Shown one piece after another: positions 37,235 to 46,617 of a stretch of DNA of 61,822 nt. Every line of letters begins with the position of its first letter. The first letter of the stretch is position 1. Under the pieces are notes generated by a model. The model searched no databases, was not told the origin of the DNA, and saw only the letters and a list, made by a program, of their open reading frames with translations. The DNA comes from Candidatus Shapirobacteria bacterium (lineage in GTDB: Bacteria; Patescibacteriota; Microgenomatia; PFEM01; JAPLYW01). Both the position numbers and the translations under genes were made by a program. The stretch covers positions 1 to 61,822 of the forward strand of contig JAPLYW010000015.1 in the NCBI GenBank assembly GCA_026395335.1, given 5' to 3'.

Positions 37235-37240
37235 AGTTAG

Positions 37241-37269
37241 AGTATAAAATAAAAAAAATTTAAATTCAA
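37241..37269 (-). promoter_or_regulatory. Consensus promoter 6 nt upstream of the 37234 ATG (leaderless architecture)
   Basis: Minus strand reads TTGAAT, 17 nt, TATACT, CTAACT, ATG. Confidence 0.5.
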
Positions 37270-37310
37270 TCTTATAATATTTTTTGCTTTTACTCGACTG
37301 AATAGATTAG

Positions 37311-37384
37311 TCGGGGTGGCCGGTTCCGCCCCGGCGACCTCACGCACCCCATGCGTGCACTCTACCTATCTGAGCTACACCCCG
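37311..37384 (-). tRNA. tRNA-Pro (anticodon GGG) with a non-canonical T-loop; no encoded CCA
   Basis: Hand-folded cloverleaf: CGGGGTG/CACCCCG acceptor, GCTC/GAGT D-stem, CACGC/GCGTG anticodon stem, loop AT-GGG-GT, GCCGG/CCGGC T-stem. The T-loop reads GGCGGAA instead of TTCRANY. Confidence 0.75.
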
Positions 37385-37445
37385 ATTTATTTTTTCTAAA
37401 AGACCACTTGAATTTTAGCATAATTTCTGTGAAAATTAAATTAAT

Positions 37446-38444
37446 ATGACACAGACCGATCAAAAAGCTCAAGCTGTTAAAATGGCGATGGATCAGATTG
37501 AAAAACAATATGGTAAAGGGGCGATTATGAGAATGGGAGACAAAGCGATTATTCGTCAAATTGATGTTGTTCCTACAGGTTCCATTGCTTTAGATATTGC
37601 TTTAGGCGTTGGTGGTTTTCCTCGAGGCAGAATTATTGAAATATTTGGGCCAGAAGCTTCGGCAAAAACTTCATTAGCTCTAAGTGTGGTGGCTCAAGCC
37701 CAGAAAAGCGGCGGAGTGGCGGCTTTTGTGGATGCAGAGCATGCTATGGATCCAACTTGGGCAGAAATGATTGGCGTTAATTTGAATGAACTTTTAATTT
37801 CTCAGCCAGATACTGGTGAGCAAGCTTTGGAAATTGTGGAAACGTTAGTTCGTTCCGGAGCTATTGATATTGTGGTTGTTGATTCAGTTGCGGCTTTAGT
37901 ACCAAGAGCGGAAATTGAAGGGGAAATGGGTGATGCCATGATTGGTGTGCAAGCCCGTTTAATGTCTCAGGCTTTAAGAAAATTAACCGCAGCTATTTCT
38001 AAATCTAAAACCATTGTGGTTTTTACTAATCAGCTGCGTCATAAAATCGGCGTTATGTTTGGTAATCCCGAGACGACTCCTGGCGGTTTGGCTTTAAAAT
38101 TTTATGCTACTTTAAGATTAGATATGCGGAAAATTGAAGCCATTAAAGATGGGGAAGTTGTTATTGGTTCCCGCCATCGGGTACGAGTGGTTAAAAATAA
38201 AGTGGCGGCACCTTTTAGGACTGCGGAGTTTGATATCATGAATAATATCGGTATTTCTAAAAGCGCGGATCTTTTGTCAGTGGCGGTAGAGTTTGGTTTG
38301 GTTGATAAAGCCGGCGCCTTTTTCAAATATGGCAAGGAATTAATCGGTCAGGGAGCTCAAGCAGCGAAAATTTACCTCGACGAAAATCCCAAATTTGCCA
38401 AACAACTTGAGGCGGAAATTTGGAAAAAGATCAAAAAAGAATAA
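37446..38444 (+). CDS. recA: Recombinase RecA
   Basis: [58 protein letters not shown]. Confidence 0.97.
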   Translation: MTQTDQKAQAVKMAMDQIEKQYGKGAIMRMGDKAIIRQIDVVPTGSIALDIALGVGGFPRGRIIEIFGPEASAKTSLALSVVAQAQKSGGVAAFVDAEHAMDPTWAEMIGVNLNELLISQPDTGEQALEIVETLVRSGAIDIVVVDSVAALVPRAEIEGEMGDAMIGVQARLMSQALRKLTAAISKSKTIVVFTNQLRHKIGVMFGNPETTPGGLALKFYATLRLDMRKIEAIKDGEVVIGSRHRVRVVKNKVAAPFRTAEFDIMNNIGISKSADLLSVAVEFGLVDKAGAFFKYGKELIGQGAQAAKIYLDENPKFAKQLEAEIWKKIKKE

Positions 38445-38908
38445 AATCAACTCAGAGTTTGGAAAAAATCTTTCAAAAAACCTTACATTTTATTGGTTTG
38501 CGTCCTCGTAGTCAAAAAGAAATTTTGTTTTATCTTCATAAAAAAACCGCTGATGAAAAAATTATTGCCAAAATTATGCAGGATTTAACCAATTTGGGTT
38601 TGATGGATGATGCAGCTTTTCTTGACTGGTGGCTGGAGCAAAGAGCCGCTTTTCGACCTAAAGGTAAAAGAGCTCTAATAATGGAGCTAAGACAAAAGGG
38701 TATTGATAATAATCTTATTCAAAAAGCCATGGTGGAAAAGGTAGATGAAAAAGGAGCGGCGACTTCTTTAGTGGAAAAAAAATTAAGAGTTTGGTCTAAA
38801 TTACCCCAAGAAATCTGTTGGGAGAAATTAACAGGCTTTTTAGCCAGAAGAGGTTTCAATTGGGAAACGATTAAGGTTGTACTTGATGAAAAGCTTAAAA
38901 AGCAGTAA
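38420..38908 (+). CDS. recX: Recombination regulator RecX
   Basis: Position after recA and a three-helix repeat pattern: [15 protein letters not shown]...[17 protein letters not shown]...[14 protein letters not shown]. Confidence 0.75.
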   Translation: MEKDQKRIKSTQSLEKIFQKTLHFIGLRPRSQKEILFYLHKKTADEKIIAKIMQDLTNLGLMDDAAFLDWWLEQRAAFRPKGKRALIMELRQKGIDNNLIQKAMVEKVDEKGAATSLVEKKLRVWSKLPQEICWEKLTGFLARRGFNWETIKVVLDEKLKKQ

Positions 38909-39066
38909 AATAAAAATATTAATCATGCTTTTGGAAAATGCTTGATAACCAAAATACTTTTATGAAAAAGATAATCAATATTCTTCTTTCAAAACTTTCA
39001 AAAGAAATTTAATTTCTGGTTTAGGTTATTAATTTTTTCAAAAGCGCTTTTTAAAAAGGAGTTTTT

Positions 39067-40467
39067 ATGGGTATTTTTGATAGTTTATTGACTAAAATTA
39101 TTGCTAATGAAGAAGAGAAGATTGAAGGAAAAAAATCAACAGGCAAGAAAGTTAAAGAAACTATTAGTAGTGAAGAAAAATTATTAGCAAAAGAATTAGC
39201 TTTTAAGATTGCTGAGTTAGAGAGAAAAGACGGAGCTTTGGAAGAAAGAGAAAAATTAATTAAAATAAAAGAAGAAGAGTTAACTAAAAATAAAGTTGAG
39301 ATAGAAGAAATTAAGAAAAAAGAAGTTGAGAAATTAGAAAAAATTTCCGCTTTAACCAAACAAGAAGCCAAAGATTTAATCTTAGCGGCAACAGAAAAAA
39401 GAATTGCTGAAGATTTGGCCCGGAAAATTAATGAAGCTGAAGAGGAAGTCAAAGCTCATGCTGATGAAAAAGCCAAAGAAATTTTAATTGAGGCAATTCA
39501 GCATGGAGTGACTGATTTGGTGGCCGAATATACGGTTTCTACCCTTCATTTACCTGATGATGATATGAAAGGACGGATTATTGGGAGAGAAGGCAGAAAT
39601 ATCCGGACTTTTGAGCGAGCGACTGGAGTGGAAATTGAAATTGACGAAACTAATGATATTCGCCTTTCTTCTTTTGATCCAGTCAGACGGGAAATTGCCC
39701 GCCGTTCTATTGAGAAATTAATTAAGGATCGTCGTATTCAGCCTTCCAGAATTGAAGAAATTATCGAAAAGACCAAGCAGGAAGTGGAGAAAATCATGTT
39801 TGAAGAAGGAGAAAAACTTTGTCATGCTGTCCAAGTTTATCGTCTCCACCCGGAATTAGTTAAGCTTTTAGGCCGTTATAAATTTCGTTTTTCTTATGGT
39901 CAAAATATGATTATTCATACTTTGGAGGAAACGAAAATTGGTATTCAGCTGGCTTATGAAGTTAAAGCTAATGTAAATACGGTTCGTTTAGGTTGTTTAC
40001 TTCATGATATCGGTAAAATTGTAACCGAAGAGGAAGGAACTCATATCCAATTGGGAGTTGACTTGGCCCGTAAATATCGGATTCCCGAAGAAGTTGTAGC
40101 CTGTATTGCCGAGCATCACGAAGACAAGCCTTTTTCTTCGCCGGAGTCACGTGTTGTTTGGGTTGCTGATGCCGCCTCCGGTTCTCGACCAGGAGCTCGT
40201 TATGAACCTCATGGTGAATATGTTGAGCGAATGAGCCAAATTGAAGAAATCGCCAGAGAATTTCCGGAAGTCGAAGAAGCTTTTGCTTATCAAGCTGGTC
40301 GTGATGTAAGAGTTTTGGTAAAACCGGAAAAAGTTAATGATAATGAACTAGTGATTTTAGCCAGTAAAATTACGAAATCTTTAGAAGAAAGAGCTTCTTA
40401 TGCTGGTCAAATTAAAGTGACTTGCATTCGGGAAATACGTGCCAGCGAAGTGACTAAAGCTAAGTGA
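39067..40467 (+). CDS. rny: Ribonuclease Y (no N-terminal TM helix in this ORF)
   Basis: KH domain MKGRIIGREGRNIRTFE, HD domain LLHDIGK...AEHHED, C-terminal VTCIREIRASE. AAGGAG Shine-Dalgarno upstream. Confidence 0.93.
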   Translation: MGIFDSLLTKIIANEEEKIEGKKSTGKKVKETISSEEKLLAKELAFKIAELERKDGALEEREKLIKIKEEELTKNKVEIEEIKKKEVEKLEKISALTKQEAKDLILAATEKRIAEDLARKINEAEEEVKAHADEKAKEILIEAIQHGVTDLVAEYTVSTLHLPDDDMKGRIIGREGRNIRTFERATGVEIEIDETNDIRLSSFDPVRREIARRSIEKLIKDRRIQPSRIEEIIEKTKQEVEKIMFEEGEKLCHAVQVYRLHPELVKLLGRYKFRFSYGQNMIIHTLEETKIGIQLAYEVKANVNTVRLGCLLHDIGKIVTEEEGTHIQLGVDLARKYRIPEEVVACIAEHHEDKPFSSPESRVVWVADAASGSRPGARYEPHGEYVERMSQIEEIAREFPEVEEAFAYQAGRDVRVLVKPEKVNDNELVILASKITKSLEERASYAGQIKVTCIREIRASEVTKAK

Positions 40468-40495
40468 TTCTTTTATTTTTAGAATAGATTTAGCT

Positions 40496-40524
40496 TTGAC
40501 AAAATCTCAAAATTGTTGTAAAAT
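40496..40524 (+). promoter_or_regulatory. Consensus promoter for hup, 9 nt before ATG
   Basis: TTGACA (40496-40501), 17 nt, TAAAAT (40519-40524). Confidence 0.6.
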
Positions 40525-40533
40525 CTATTACGC

Positions 40534-40806
40534 ATGACAAAAAATCAAATCATTAATTTGGTGGCTAATAAAGCCCACTCAACCAAAAAAGCTACGGAAG
40601 AAGTGATCGATGTTTTTCTTAATGAAATCATCAAATCCTTAGCTAAAGGTGAAAAAGTTGTCCTTTCTGGTTTTGGGACTTTTAAAATTGTTAAAGTTAA
40701 AGATAAACCTGTGATTATTCCTGTGACTAAAGAGAAAAGAATTGTTAAAGGTCATCGTGCTCCTCGTTTTTCTCCGGGTAAACCTCTTAAAAAAGCAGTT
40801 CGCTAA
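40534..40806 (+). CDS. hup: DNA-binding protein HU
   Basis: 90 aa with MTKNQIINLVA, GFGTFKIVKVKDK, RAPRFSPGKPLK. Confidence 0.93.
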   Translation: MTKNQIINLVANKAHSTKKATEEVIDVFLNEIIKSLAKGEKVVLSGFGTFKIVKVKDKPVIIPVTKEKRIVKGHRAPRFSPGKPLKKAVR

Positions 40807-40891
40807 AAATTAATTTCTTTGAATGTTAAAATAAGCCATGAAGAAAAAGATTATTTTTTGGCTTTTGTGGTAAAAAGAGGAGTGGATAAAA

Positions 40892-41926
40892 ATGAAAAAT
40901 AAAACTTATTTTATTAAAACTTTCGGTTGTCAAATGAACGTTTCTGATGAAGAAATGATTTCTGGTTGGTATAAAGAAAAAGGTTGGCAAGCCGCAAAAT
41001 TAATTAATAGAGCGGATGAGATTATTATAATAAGCTGTTCTGTCCGTCAAACGGCAGAAGATAGAGTTTACGGTTTAATTAATAATTTGAAAAAGCTGAA
41101 GAAAAACCCAGAAGGTTTTTTAATAAGTCATCCGAAAATTATTCTTACCGGTTGTATGTTACGTTATCCTTTACGTTGGTTAAAAGAAAAAATGCCGGTG
41201 GTTGATGAATTTATAAAAATAGAGAAATTTAAAACCAAAAAAATAATCAGAAAAGAAAAGTTGCCGGCTTTGGTTTCGATTATGGAAGGCTGCAATCAAT
41301 TCTGTTCTTATTGTGTTGTTCCTTATGCTCGGGGTCGAGAAAAGAGCAGGCCTTTTAAAGAGATTGTTTGCGAAATAAAAAAATTAGCCCAAAATGGTTG
41401 TCAAGAAGTAATGCTACTAGGACAGAATGTTAATTCTTACGGCAAAGATTTAAAGAAAAATAATAATTTTGCCGAGTTATTGAAAACTATTCACCGAATT
41501 GAAGGAATTAAAAAAATTGCCTTTTTTACTTCTAATCCATGGGATTTAAGTCAAAAGATTATTGAAGCCCTAAAGTTACCCAAAATTGATCGTTATTTAC
41601 ATTTACCGGTTCAGTCAGGCGATGATGATATTTTAAAAAAAATGAATCGGCATTACACCGCCAAAGATTATTTGACATTAGTAAAAAATATTAAAAAAGA
41701 AATTCCTGATATTAAAATTGGTACGGATATTATTGTTGGTTTTCCTGGAGAAACAGAAGGTCAATTTAAAAATACCCTTAATCTTTGTAAAAAGGTTGGT
41801 TTTGTTAAGGCTTATGTATCTATGTATTCTCCCAGACCACAAACTAAAGCTTATCAGCTTGAAGACGATGTTCCCCTAAAAGAAAAAAGACGCCGTTGGA
41901 AAATTTTAGACGATTTAATCAATTAA
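40892..41926 (+). CDS. Radical-SAM methylthiotransferase, MiaB/RimO family, apparently without a TRAM domain
   Basis: FIKTFGCQMNVSDEEM (MTTase N-domain), GCNQFCSYCVVPYARGRE (radical SAM). The protein ends about 344 aa, soon after the radical-SAM core. Confidence 0.8.
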   Translation: MKNKTYFIKTFGCQMNVSDEEMISGWYKEKGWQAAKLINRADEIIIISCSVRQTAEDRVYGLINNLKKLKKNPEGFLISHPKIILTGCMLRYPLRWLKEKMPVVDEFIKIEKFKTKKIIRKEKLPALVSIMEGCNQFCSYCVVPYARGREKSRPFKEIVCEIKKLAQNGCQEVMLLGQNVNSYGKDLKKNNNFAELLKTIHRIEGIKKIAFFTSNPWDLSQKIIEALKLPKIDRYLHLPVQSGDDDILKKMNRHYTAKDYLTLVKNIKKEIPDIKIGTDIIVGFPGETEGQFKNTLNLCKKVGFVKAYVSMYSPRPQTKAYQLEDDVPLKEKRRRWKILDDLIN

Positions 41927-41952
41927 ACCGTCTAAAAATAAAAGCAAGATGT

Positions 41953-42168
41953 TTATAAAGCTGGCTCTGGATTATTTTTTTCTTCTGTTATTGTTTCTGG
42001 AACTGGCGGCATTTCTTCTATTTTTATTTCAGGTGCAGCTGCTGGCATTGTTTCAATGATTAATTCTATTGGTTGGCCACAGCAAACTAAAGTACCAATA
42101 CCTGTTTGTAAAATTTTAACTACATTCCCACAAACATTACATTTATAGCTTTGATTTAATTCTGTCAT
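41953..42168 (-). CDS. Desulforedoxin-like Cys4 iron protein with P/E-rich tail
   Basis: YKCNVCGNVVKILQTGIGTLVCCGQP matches the desulforedoxin / Dfx N-domain signature. GGGGG Shine-Dalgarno upstream. Confidence 0.75.
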   Translation of the reverse strand: MTELNQSYKCNVCGNVVKILQTGIGTLVCCGQPIELIIETMPAAAPEIKIEEMPPVPETITEEKNNPEPAL

Positions 42169-42253
42169 TTTTATTTACCCCCTTCCTTTTAAAATTTAAG
42201 ATTATTTATTTTTAACATTTATTAATTCAAACTGTCAATGATTTTATCTTTAC

Positions 42254-42262
42254 TGATATAAT
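42254..42262 (+). promoter_or_regulatory. Extended -10 (TGaTATAAT) 5 nt before miaA ATG
   Basis: TGATATAAT-TAGTT-ATG, the same -10-to-ATG geometry as at 32253 and 32476. Confidence 0.45.
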
Positions 42263-42267
42263 TAGTT

Positions 42268-43224
42268 ATGAAAAAATTATTGATTATCTGTGGTCCAACT
42301 GCTACTGGTAAAACCGGTTTGGGATTAAAACTAGCTAAAAGATTTAATGGAGAGATTATTTCAGTTGATTCCCGACAGATTTATCAAGGGATGGATATTG
42401 CTACCGGTAAAGATATTAAAAATGGAAAATGGACCAATGATCATTGGGAACTTGAGGGAATACCTATTTGGTTGCTAGATATAATTTTACCTAACCAAGA
42501 ATTTTCTGTAGCTTATTATACTGATTTGGCTTGGAAAGCGATTAGGGATATTTGGGATAGGGAGAAACTACCGATTTTAGTCGGTGGCACTGGTTTTTAT
42601 ATTAAAGCTGTTTTAGAAAATATCCCTAGCCAGGGGATTCCGCCAAATTGGTTATTAAGGAAGAAATTGGAGAAAAAATCAGTTAAGGCGCTTTTTGGAG
42701 AATTAATAAAGTTTGATTCTTGTCGGGCTAAACAAATGAATGTTTCTGACAGACAAAATAAAAGACGTTTGATAAGGGCAATTGAAATTGCTAAATGGCT
42801 GTTAAAGAATCCTTTACCGGAAAAACAAAAATTGCCAACAGCAGAAACTATTTTTATCGGCTTAAAAACTTCTTTAGAGAAACTTTATCAAATAATTGAT
42901 CAAAGAATTGAAGAACATCTTAAAATGGGGGCAAAAAAAGAAGTGAAAGAATTATTAAAAAAAGGTTTTTCTTGGGAATTACCCTCGATGAGTGCTATGG
43001 GTTATCAGGAATGGCAACCTTTTTTAGAAGGAAAATCAGAAATTCAAGAAGTTTTAGCCCGCTGGAAATTTAATGAACATGCTTATGCTCGTCGTCAGAT
43101 GACTTGGTTTAGAAAAAATAAAAAAATTAATTGGTTTGACATTAGCTGTAAAGGATGGGAAAATAAAGTAGAAAATAAAATTATAATTTGGTACAATAAA
43201 AACAAAGATGCCAAGAAAAATTGA
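42268..43224 (+). CDS. miaA: tRNA dimethylallyltransferase
   Basis: ICGPTATGKTGLGLKLA, SVDSRQIYQGMDIATGK, YARRQMTWFRK. Confidence 0.94.
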   Translation: MKKLLIICGPTATGKTGLGLKLAKRFNGEIISVDSRQIYQGMDIATGKDIKNGKWTNDHWELEGIPIWLLDIILPNQEFSVAYYTDLAWKAIRDIWDREKLPILVGGTGFYIKAVLENIPSQGIPPNWLLRKKLEKKSVKALFGELIKFDSCRAKQMNVSDRQNKRRLIRAIEIAKWLLKNPLPEKQKLPTAETIFIGLKTSLEKLYQIIDQRIEEHLKMGAKKEVKELLKKGFSWELPSMSAMGYQEWQPFLEGKSEIQEVLARWKFNEHAYARRQMTWFRKNKKINWFDISCKGWENKVENKIIIWYNKNKDAKKN

Positions 43225-44206
43225 AATTTCTCACAAAACGATTGTCTTCACGGTTATTTTTTTGCTTTCTTTATGGCTTCTGTATTACTTGCGTAGCGTT
43301 CTTGTCACATTATTTTTAGCAGTTATTTTAATGTCGGCTTTGGATCCTTTGGTTGAAGATTTAGCAAAATGGCGTTTCCCACGTGCTTTGAGTATTGTTT
43401 TGATTTATATTCTTATTTTTGCTGCGATTGGTTTTACCATTGCTGGTATAATTCCGCCTTTGGTTGAACAAATTCAAAATTTAGTTGCCAATTTTCCTTC
43501 CTATCTTGAATCACTACGTTGGTTAGGAGTTGATCAGAATATGGTTTACACTCAAGCTAATCAGTTAACAGAGAAATTGGGGATTATCTCCGGTGGTCTT
43601 ATCAAAACCGCGGCTAGTTTTTTTCAGAATATTGTTAGTATTGTTGTTTTGATGGTTATTAGTTTTTATCTTGTTTTGGAAAGAAAAAATTTAAACAAAT
43701 ATCTTTTGCGTTTTTTTGGTGAAAATGCTGCTAATAACGGGGTGAGAATTGTGGATAAAATCGAGAAAAGATTAGGCGGTTGGGTCAGGGCAGAATTATT
43801 ATTGATGTTGATAATTGGCGTGTTGTCTTATATTGGCTTAAGTCTTTTAGGGATTGATTATGCTTTGCCTCTAGCTATTTTAGCTGGCTTTTTAGAAATT
43901 ATTCCCAGTATCGGACCTTTTATTTCCGCTATTCCAGCAATTTTAGTGGCTTTGCTGGTTTCTCCTTTAATGGCCTTGGCAGTAGCAGCTTTATATATTC
44001 TTGTTCAACAGCTGGAAAATAATTTAATTGTTCCTCAGGTTATGGCTAAAGAATGCGGATTAAAACCCTTAGTAACTATTATAGCCTTGATTATTGGTTT
44101 CAAAATGGGAGGGATAGCTGGAGCGATTTTAGCAGTACCGATTGTTCTTTTACTGGAAGTTATCTTAACAGAAGTTTCTTCTTCAGAAAAATTCAAAAAA
44201 ATTTAG
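43208..44206 (+). CDS. AI-2E family transporter (PerM/UPF0118)
   Basis: 332 aa polytopic membrane protein with the typical LEIIPSIGPFISAIPAILVAL and LENNLIVPQVM blocks. Confidence 0.75.
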   Translation: MPRKIEISHKTIVFTVIFLLSLWLLYYLRSVLVTLFLAVILMSALDPLVEDLAKWRFPRALSIVLIYILIFAAIGFTIAGIIPPLVEQIQNLVANFPSYLESLRWLGVDQNMVYTQANQLTEKLGIISGGLIKTAASFFQNIVSIVVLMVISFYLVLERKNLNKYLLRFFGENAANNGVRIVDKIEKRLGGWVRAELLLMLIIGVLSYIGLSLLGIDYALPLAILAGFLEIIPSIGPFISAIPAILVALLVSPLMALAVAALYILVQQLENNLIVPQVMAKECGLKPLVTIIALIIGFKMGGIAGAILAVPIVLLLEVILTEVSSSEKFKKI

Positions 44207-44216
44207 GTATTAAAAA

Positions 44217-44520
44217 GCCTAGAAAGCTCATAAGCCAGATTTTGTTTAAACAGTCATCTATCTTTGCCCTCGAACATCGACACTCGGAAAAGACTCCTAA
44301 TAGCGTGTCAGTCGGAGGTTGCAGCGGGGAGGGTTACCTCGTTTCACCCCCTCCATAGCTTTAGGCGACGGAGGGACTCGTCTCTGTGGCCCTATCTAGT
44401 TCCAACTCACCAGGGGGTTGGAATGCCGTTTTGCAACGGCCACCCTGTCTTTTAGCTGTCTGGACTTTCCTCCCGCCTAAATATTTAATTTTTGGCGGGC
44501 AACTGTCCGGCTTTCTAGGC
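44217..44520 (-). ncRNA. rnpB: RNase P RNA (bacterial type A-like, compact)
   Basis: Minus strand contains GGGAGGAAAGTCCAGACAGC (P4 5' strand region) and ACAAAATCTGGCTTATGAGC (P4 3' strand). The P1 helix GCCTAGAAAGC/GCTTTCTAGGC closes the molecule. It is a GC-rich island in AT-rich DNA with a U-run after the 3' end. Confidence 0.88.
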
Positions 44521-44526
44521 CTCCTG

Positions 44527-44555
44527 ATAATAGCAAAAAATTGCTAAATTTTCAA
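44527..44555 (-). promoter_or_regulatory. Consensus promoter of rnpB
   Basis: Minus strand reads TTGAAA, 17 nt, TATTAT, 6 nt, then the G at 44520 that starts P1. Confidence 0.65.
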
Positions 44556-44575
44556 CTTTTACTTACAATTAATCA

Positions 44576-45346
44576 ATGAATTTTTGGCAAGCAATTTTTT
44601 TAGCAATAGTCCAGGGTTTAACGGAATTTTTACCGGTTTCGTCTTCCGGTCATTTAGCTATCTTTCAAAAAATTTTTCATCTTGGTTCTCCTGTTATTTT
44701 TGACGTTTTTCTTCATGTGGGAACATTGGGATCAATTATCTTTTTCTTTAGAAAAGAATTAATCCAAATTATAAAAGGTATTTTTAAAAAAGATAAAAAT
44801 TACTGGCATCTTTTTTGGTTATTAGCTATAGGAACAATCCCTGCCGTTATGGTTGGTTTATTTTTAAATGACAAAATTGAAATGATTTTTTCTTCCTTAA
44901 AATTAATTAGCCTTTCTTTTTTTATTACCGGTTTTTTCCTTTTAATGACATTTTTCCTAAAAGAAGGAAAAAAACAATTTAAAAATACTAATTGGTTTGA
45001 TAGTTTAATTATTGGTGTTTTTCAGGCAATTGCTATTTTGCCGGGAGTTTCCCGTTCTGGTTCAACAATTTTTGGTTCTTTGTTGAGAAATTTTAAAAAA
45101 GAAAAAGCTTTCGAATTTTCTTTCCTTTTAGCAATTCCGGCAATTTTAGGAGCTTTAGTCTTACAAATTCCCAATTTAGCTAATAATCAATTTCTTTTGT
45201 TTGTTCCGTCAATTTTTGGTATGGTTGTTGCTGGTTTTGTTGGTTATTTTTCTTTAAAAATTTTTAAAAAAGTTTTATTAAATTCCCGTCTTTGGCTTTT
45301 TAGTTTTTATTGTTTTTTTGTTAGTTTAATTTTGCTTATTTTTTAA
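44576..45346 (+). CDS. uppP: Undecaprenyl-diphosphate phosphatase
   Basis: VQGLTEFLPVSSSGHL, PGVSRSGSTI. Confidence 0.94.
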   Translation: MNFWQAIFLAIVQGLTEFLPVSSSGHLAIFQKIFHLGSPVIFDVFLHVGTLGSIIFFFRKELIQIIKGIFKKDKNYWHLFWLLAIGTIPAVMVGLFLNDKIEMIFSSLKLISLSFFITGFFLLMTFFLKEGKKQFKNTNWFDSLIIGVFQAIAILPGVSRSGSTIFGSLLRNFKKEKAFEFSFLLAIPAILGALVLQIPNLANNQFLLFVPSIFGMVVAGFVGYFSLKIFKKVLLNSRLWLFSFYCFFVSLILLIF

Positions 45347-45526
45347 AAAAAATAGGTTCAAATTCATCATTAATTTAAACTAATACTTGACAAACTTTTT
45401 AATTAATATAAATTTAAGTTTAGATTTAAAAACTAGATTTTTTTTGAAAAATAATTTAACAAAAAAAGATAAATTTATTAAAATGAAAACCCTGCCTTTA
45501 GCAGAAAATTGTTTGTAAGACATAAA

Positions 45527-46564
45527 ATGGAAAAACCCCCCGGGGGAAACCCCACGTCTACTCTTTTAAATAACATCCCTCTAGTGGAACTGCCACAAAA
45601 GGAAATTGTTTCTGTTGTTAAAAAAATCTTTAACGGTGTCAGTAAAGATTTAATGTTTAAAGTGGAGGCTGATTTAGAAAGGTGTCATGAACTTTGGGAA
45701 ATTTTTTCTCCAAAAAAGAGTTTATTTGATTTGTGGGATTTCCGCTTAGCTTTTTGGAAAGGTTATCATTTTGACCCTTATTTTATAACTCTTTCTTTTC
45801 AGGGTAAACCAATATCGGTTTTACCACTTTGGTTTGATACTGATGATCAACAATATTCTTGGTTTGGTGGCAACTGGCCTGAAGAAAATAAATTTTTTAC
45901 TACTATGGAATCAACCGTACCTTTGTTATTAAAATTAATTCCTGGTAAAGCCAAACTACAATGTATTTCTCCCCAAGCCGGTATTACTGACCAGCCAAAA
46001 ATCTTTGCTGTGGATGAAGAAAAATATGTATTGCCGATTGAAAATTTTAAAACTATGGATGATTATTGGGCGACTTTAAAAAAGAAAAAACGTTATAATC
46101 TGAAAAGAGATTTTAAAAGAATTGAAGCTCTTAACCCCCAGACTGTTTATAATGATTTTTCTCATTTAGAAAATTTGTTTAAATTAAATATTTCTCGTTT
46201 TGATGGCATGGTTCTTGATGATGGTAAATCGACCTTTCTTCCTAAAGAAAAGCAAGTTGTTTTTCGGGAAATTGTTAAATTGGCTGGTGACTATCAAGTA
46301 AGAATGATTTCCACTTTAATCAAGAATAAAATTGTCGCGGTTGATTTAGTGGTTCTTTATAATCAAGCTTACTATTGTTTGGCTGGGGGTTGTGCTGTTG
46401 GTGATTATTCCGGCTTGGGAAGTTTTGCTAATCTTCAATTAATCAAAGACGCTATTTCTTTAGGGGATATGAAAGCCGTTGATTTTCTTCAAGGAGATTT
46501 AAACTGGAAATCTTCATGGAAGTCTTTGCCGAAACCATTATATAAATTTGAAAAAGAAACTTAG
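45527..46564 (+). CDS. GNAT-like acetyltransferase (CelD/BioF2-like Acetyltransf_6 type), tentative
   Basis: Central KKKRYNLKRDFKRIE and the overall layout resemble this family. The ATG at 45527 is preferred over the TTG at 45509. Confidence 0.4.
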   Translation: MEKPPGGNPTSTLLNNIPLVELPQKEIVSVVKKIFNGVSKDLMFKVEADLERCHELWEIFSPKKSLFDLWDFRLAFWKGYHFDPYFITLSFQGKPISVLPLWFDTDDQQYSWFGGNWPEENKFFTTMESTVPLLLKLIPGKAKLQCISPQAGITDQPKIFAVDEEKYVLPIENFKTMDDYWATLKKKKRYNLKRDFKRIEALNPQTVYNDFSHLENLFKLNISRFDGMVLDDGKSTFLPKEKQVVFREIVKLAGDYQVRMISTLIKNKIVAVDLVVLYNQAYYCLAGGCAVGDYSGLGSFANLQLIKDAISLGDMKAVDFLQGDLNWKSSWKSLPKPLYKFEKET

Positions 46565-46596
46565 TTTTTAGTTAAAATTTTAAATTAAAAAACAAG

Positions 46597-46617
46597 CCGG
46601 AGGAAATCCGGTTTTTT
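46597..46617 (+). terminator. Intrinsic terminator abutting the comM start
   Basis: CCGGA-GGAAA-TCCGG followed by TTTTTT, preceded by an A-run. The ATG at 46618 follows immediately. Confidence 0.55.

Noticed and set aside
44053-44455. ORFs 44053-44358 and 44264-44455.
   Set aside because: They overlap the RNase P RNA gene on the opposite strand. The GC-rich structured RNA explains the absence of stops.
45483-45518. Short upstream ORFs: MKTLPLAENCL before the GNAT-like gene, MKKKIIFWLLW at 40838, and MKKIINILLSKLSKEI at 38963.
   Set aside because: They are too short, lack a Shine-Dalgarno or conservation evidence, and are expected by chance in AT-rich spacers.
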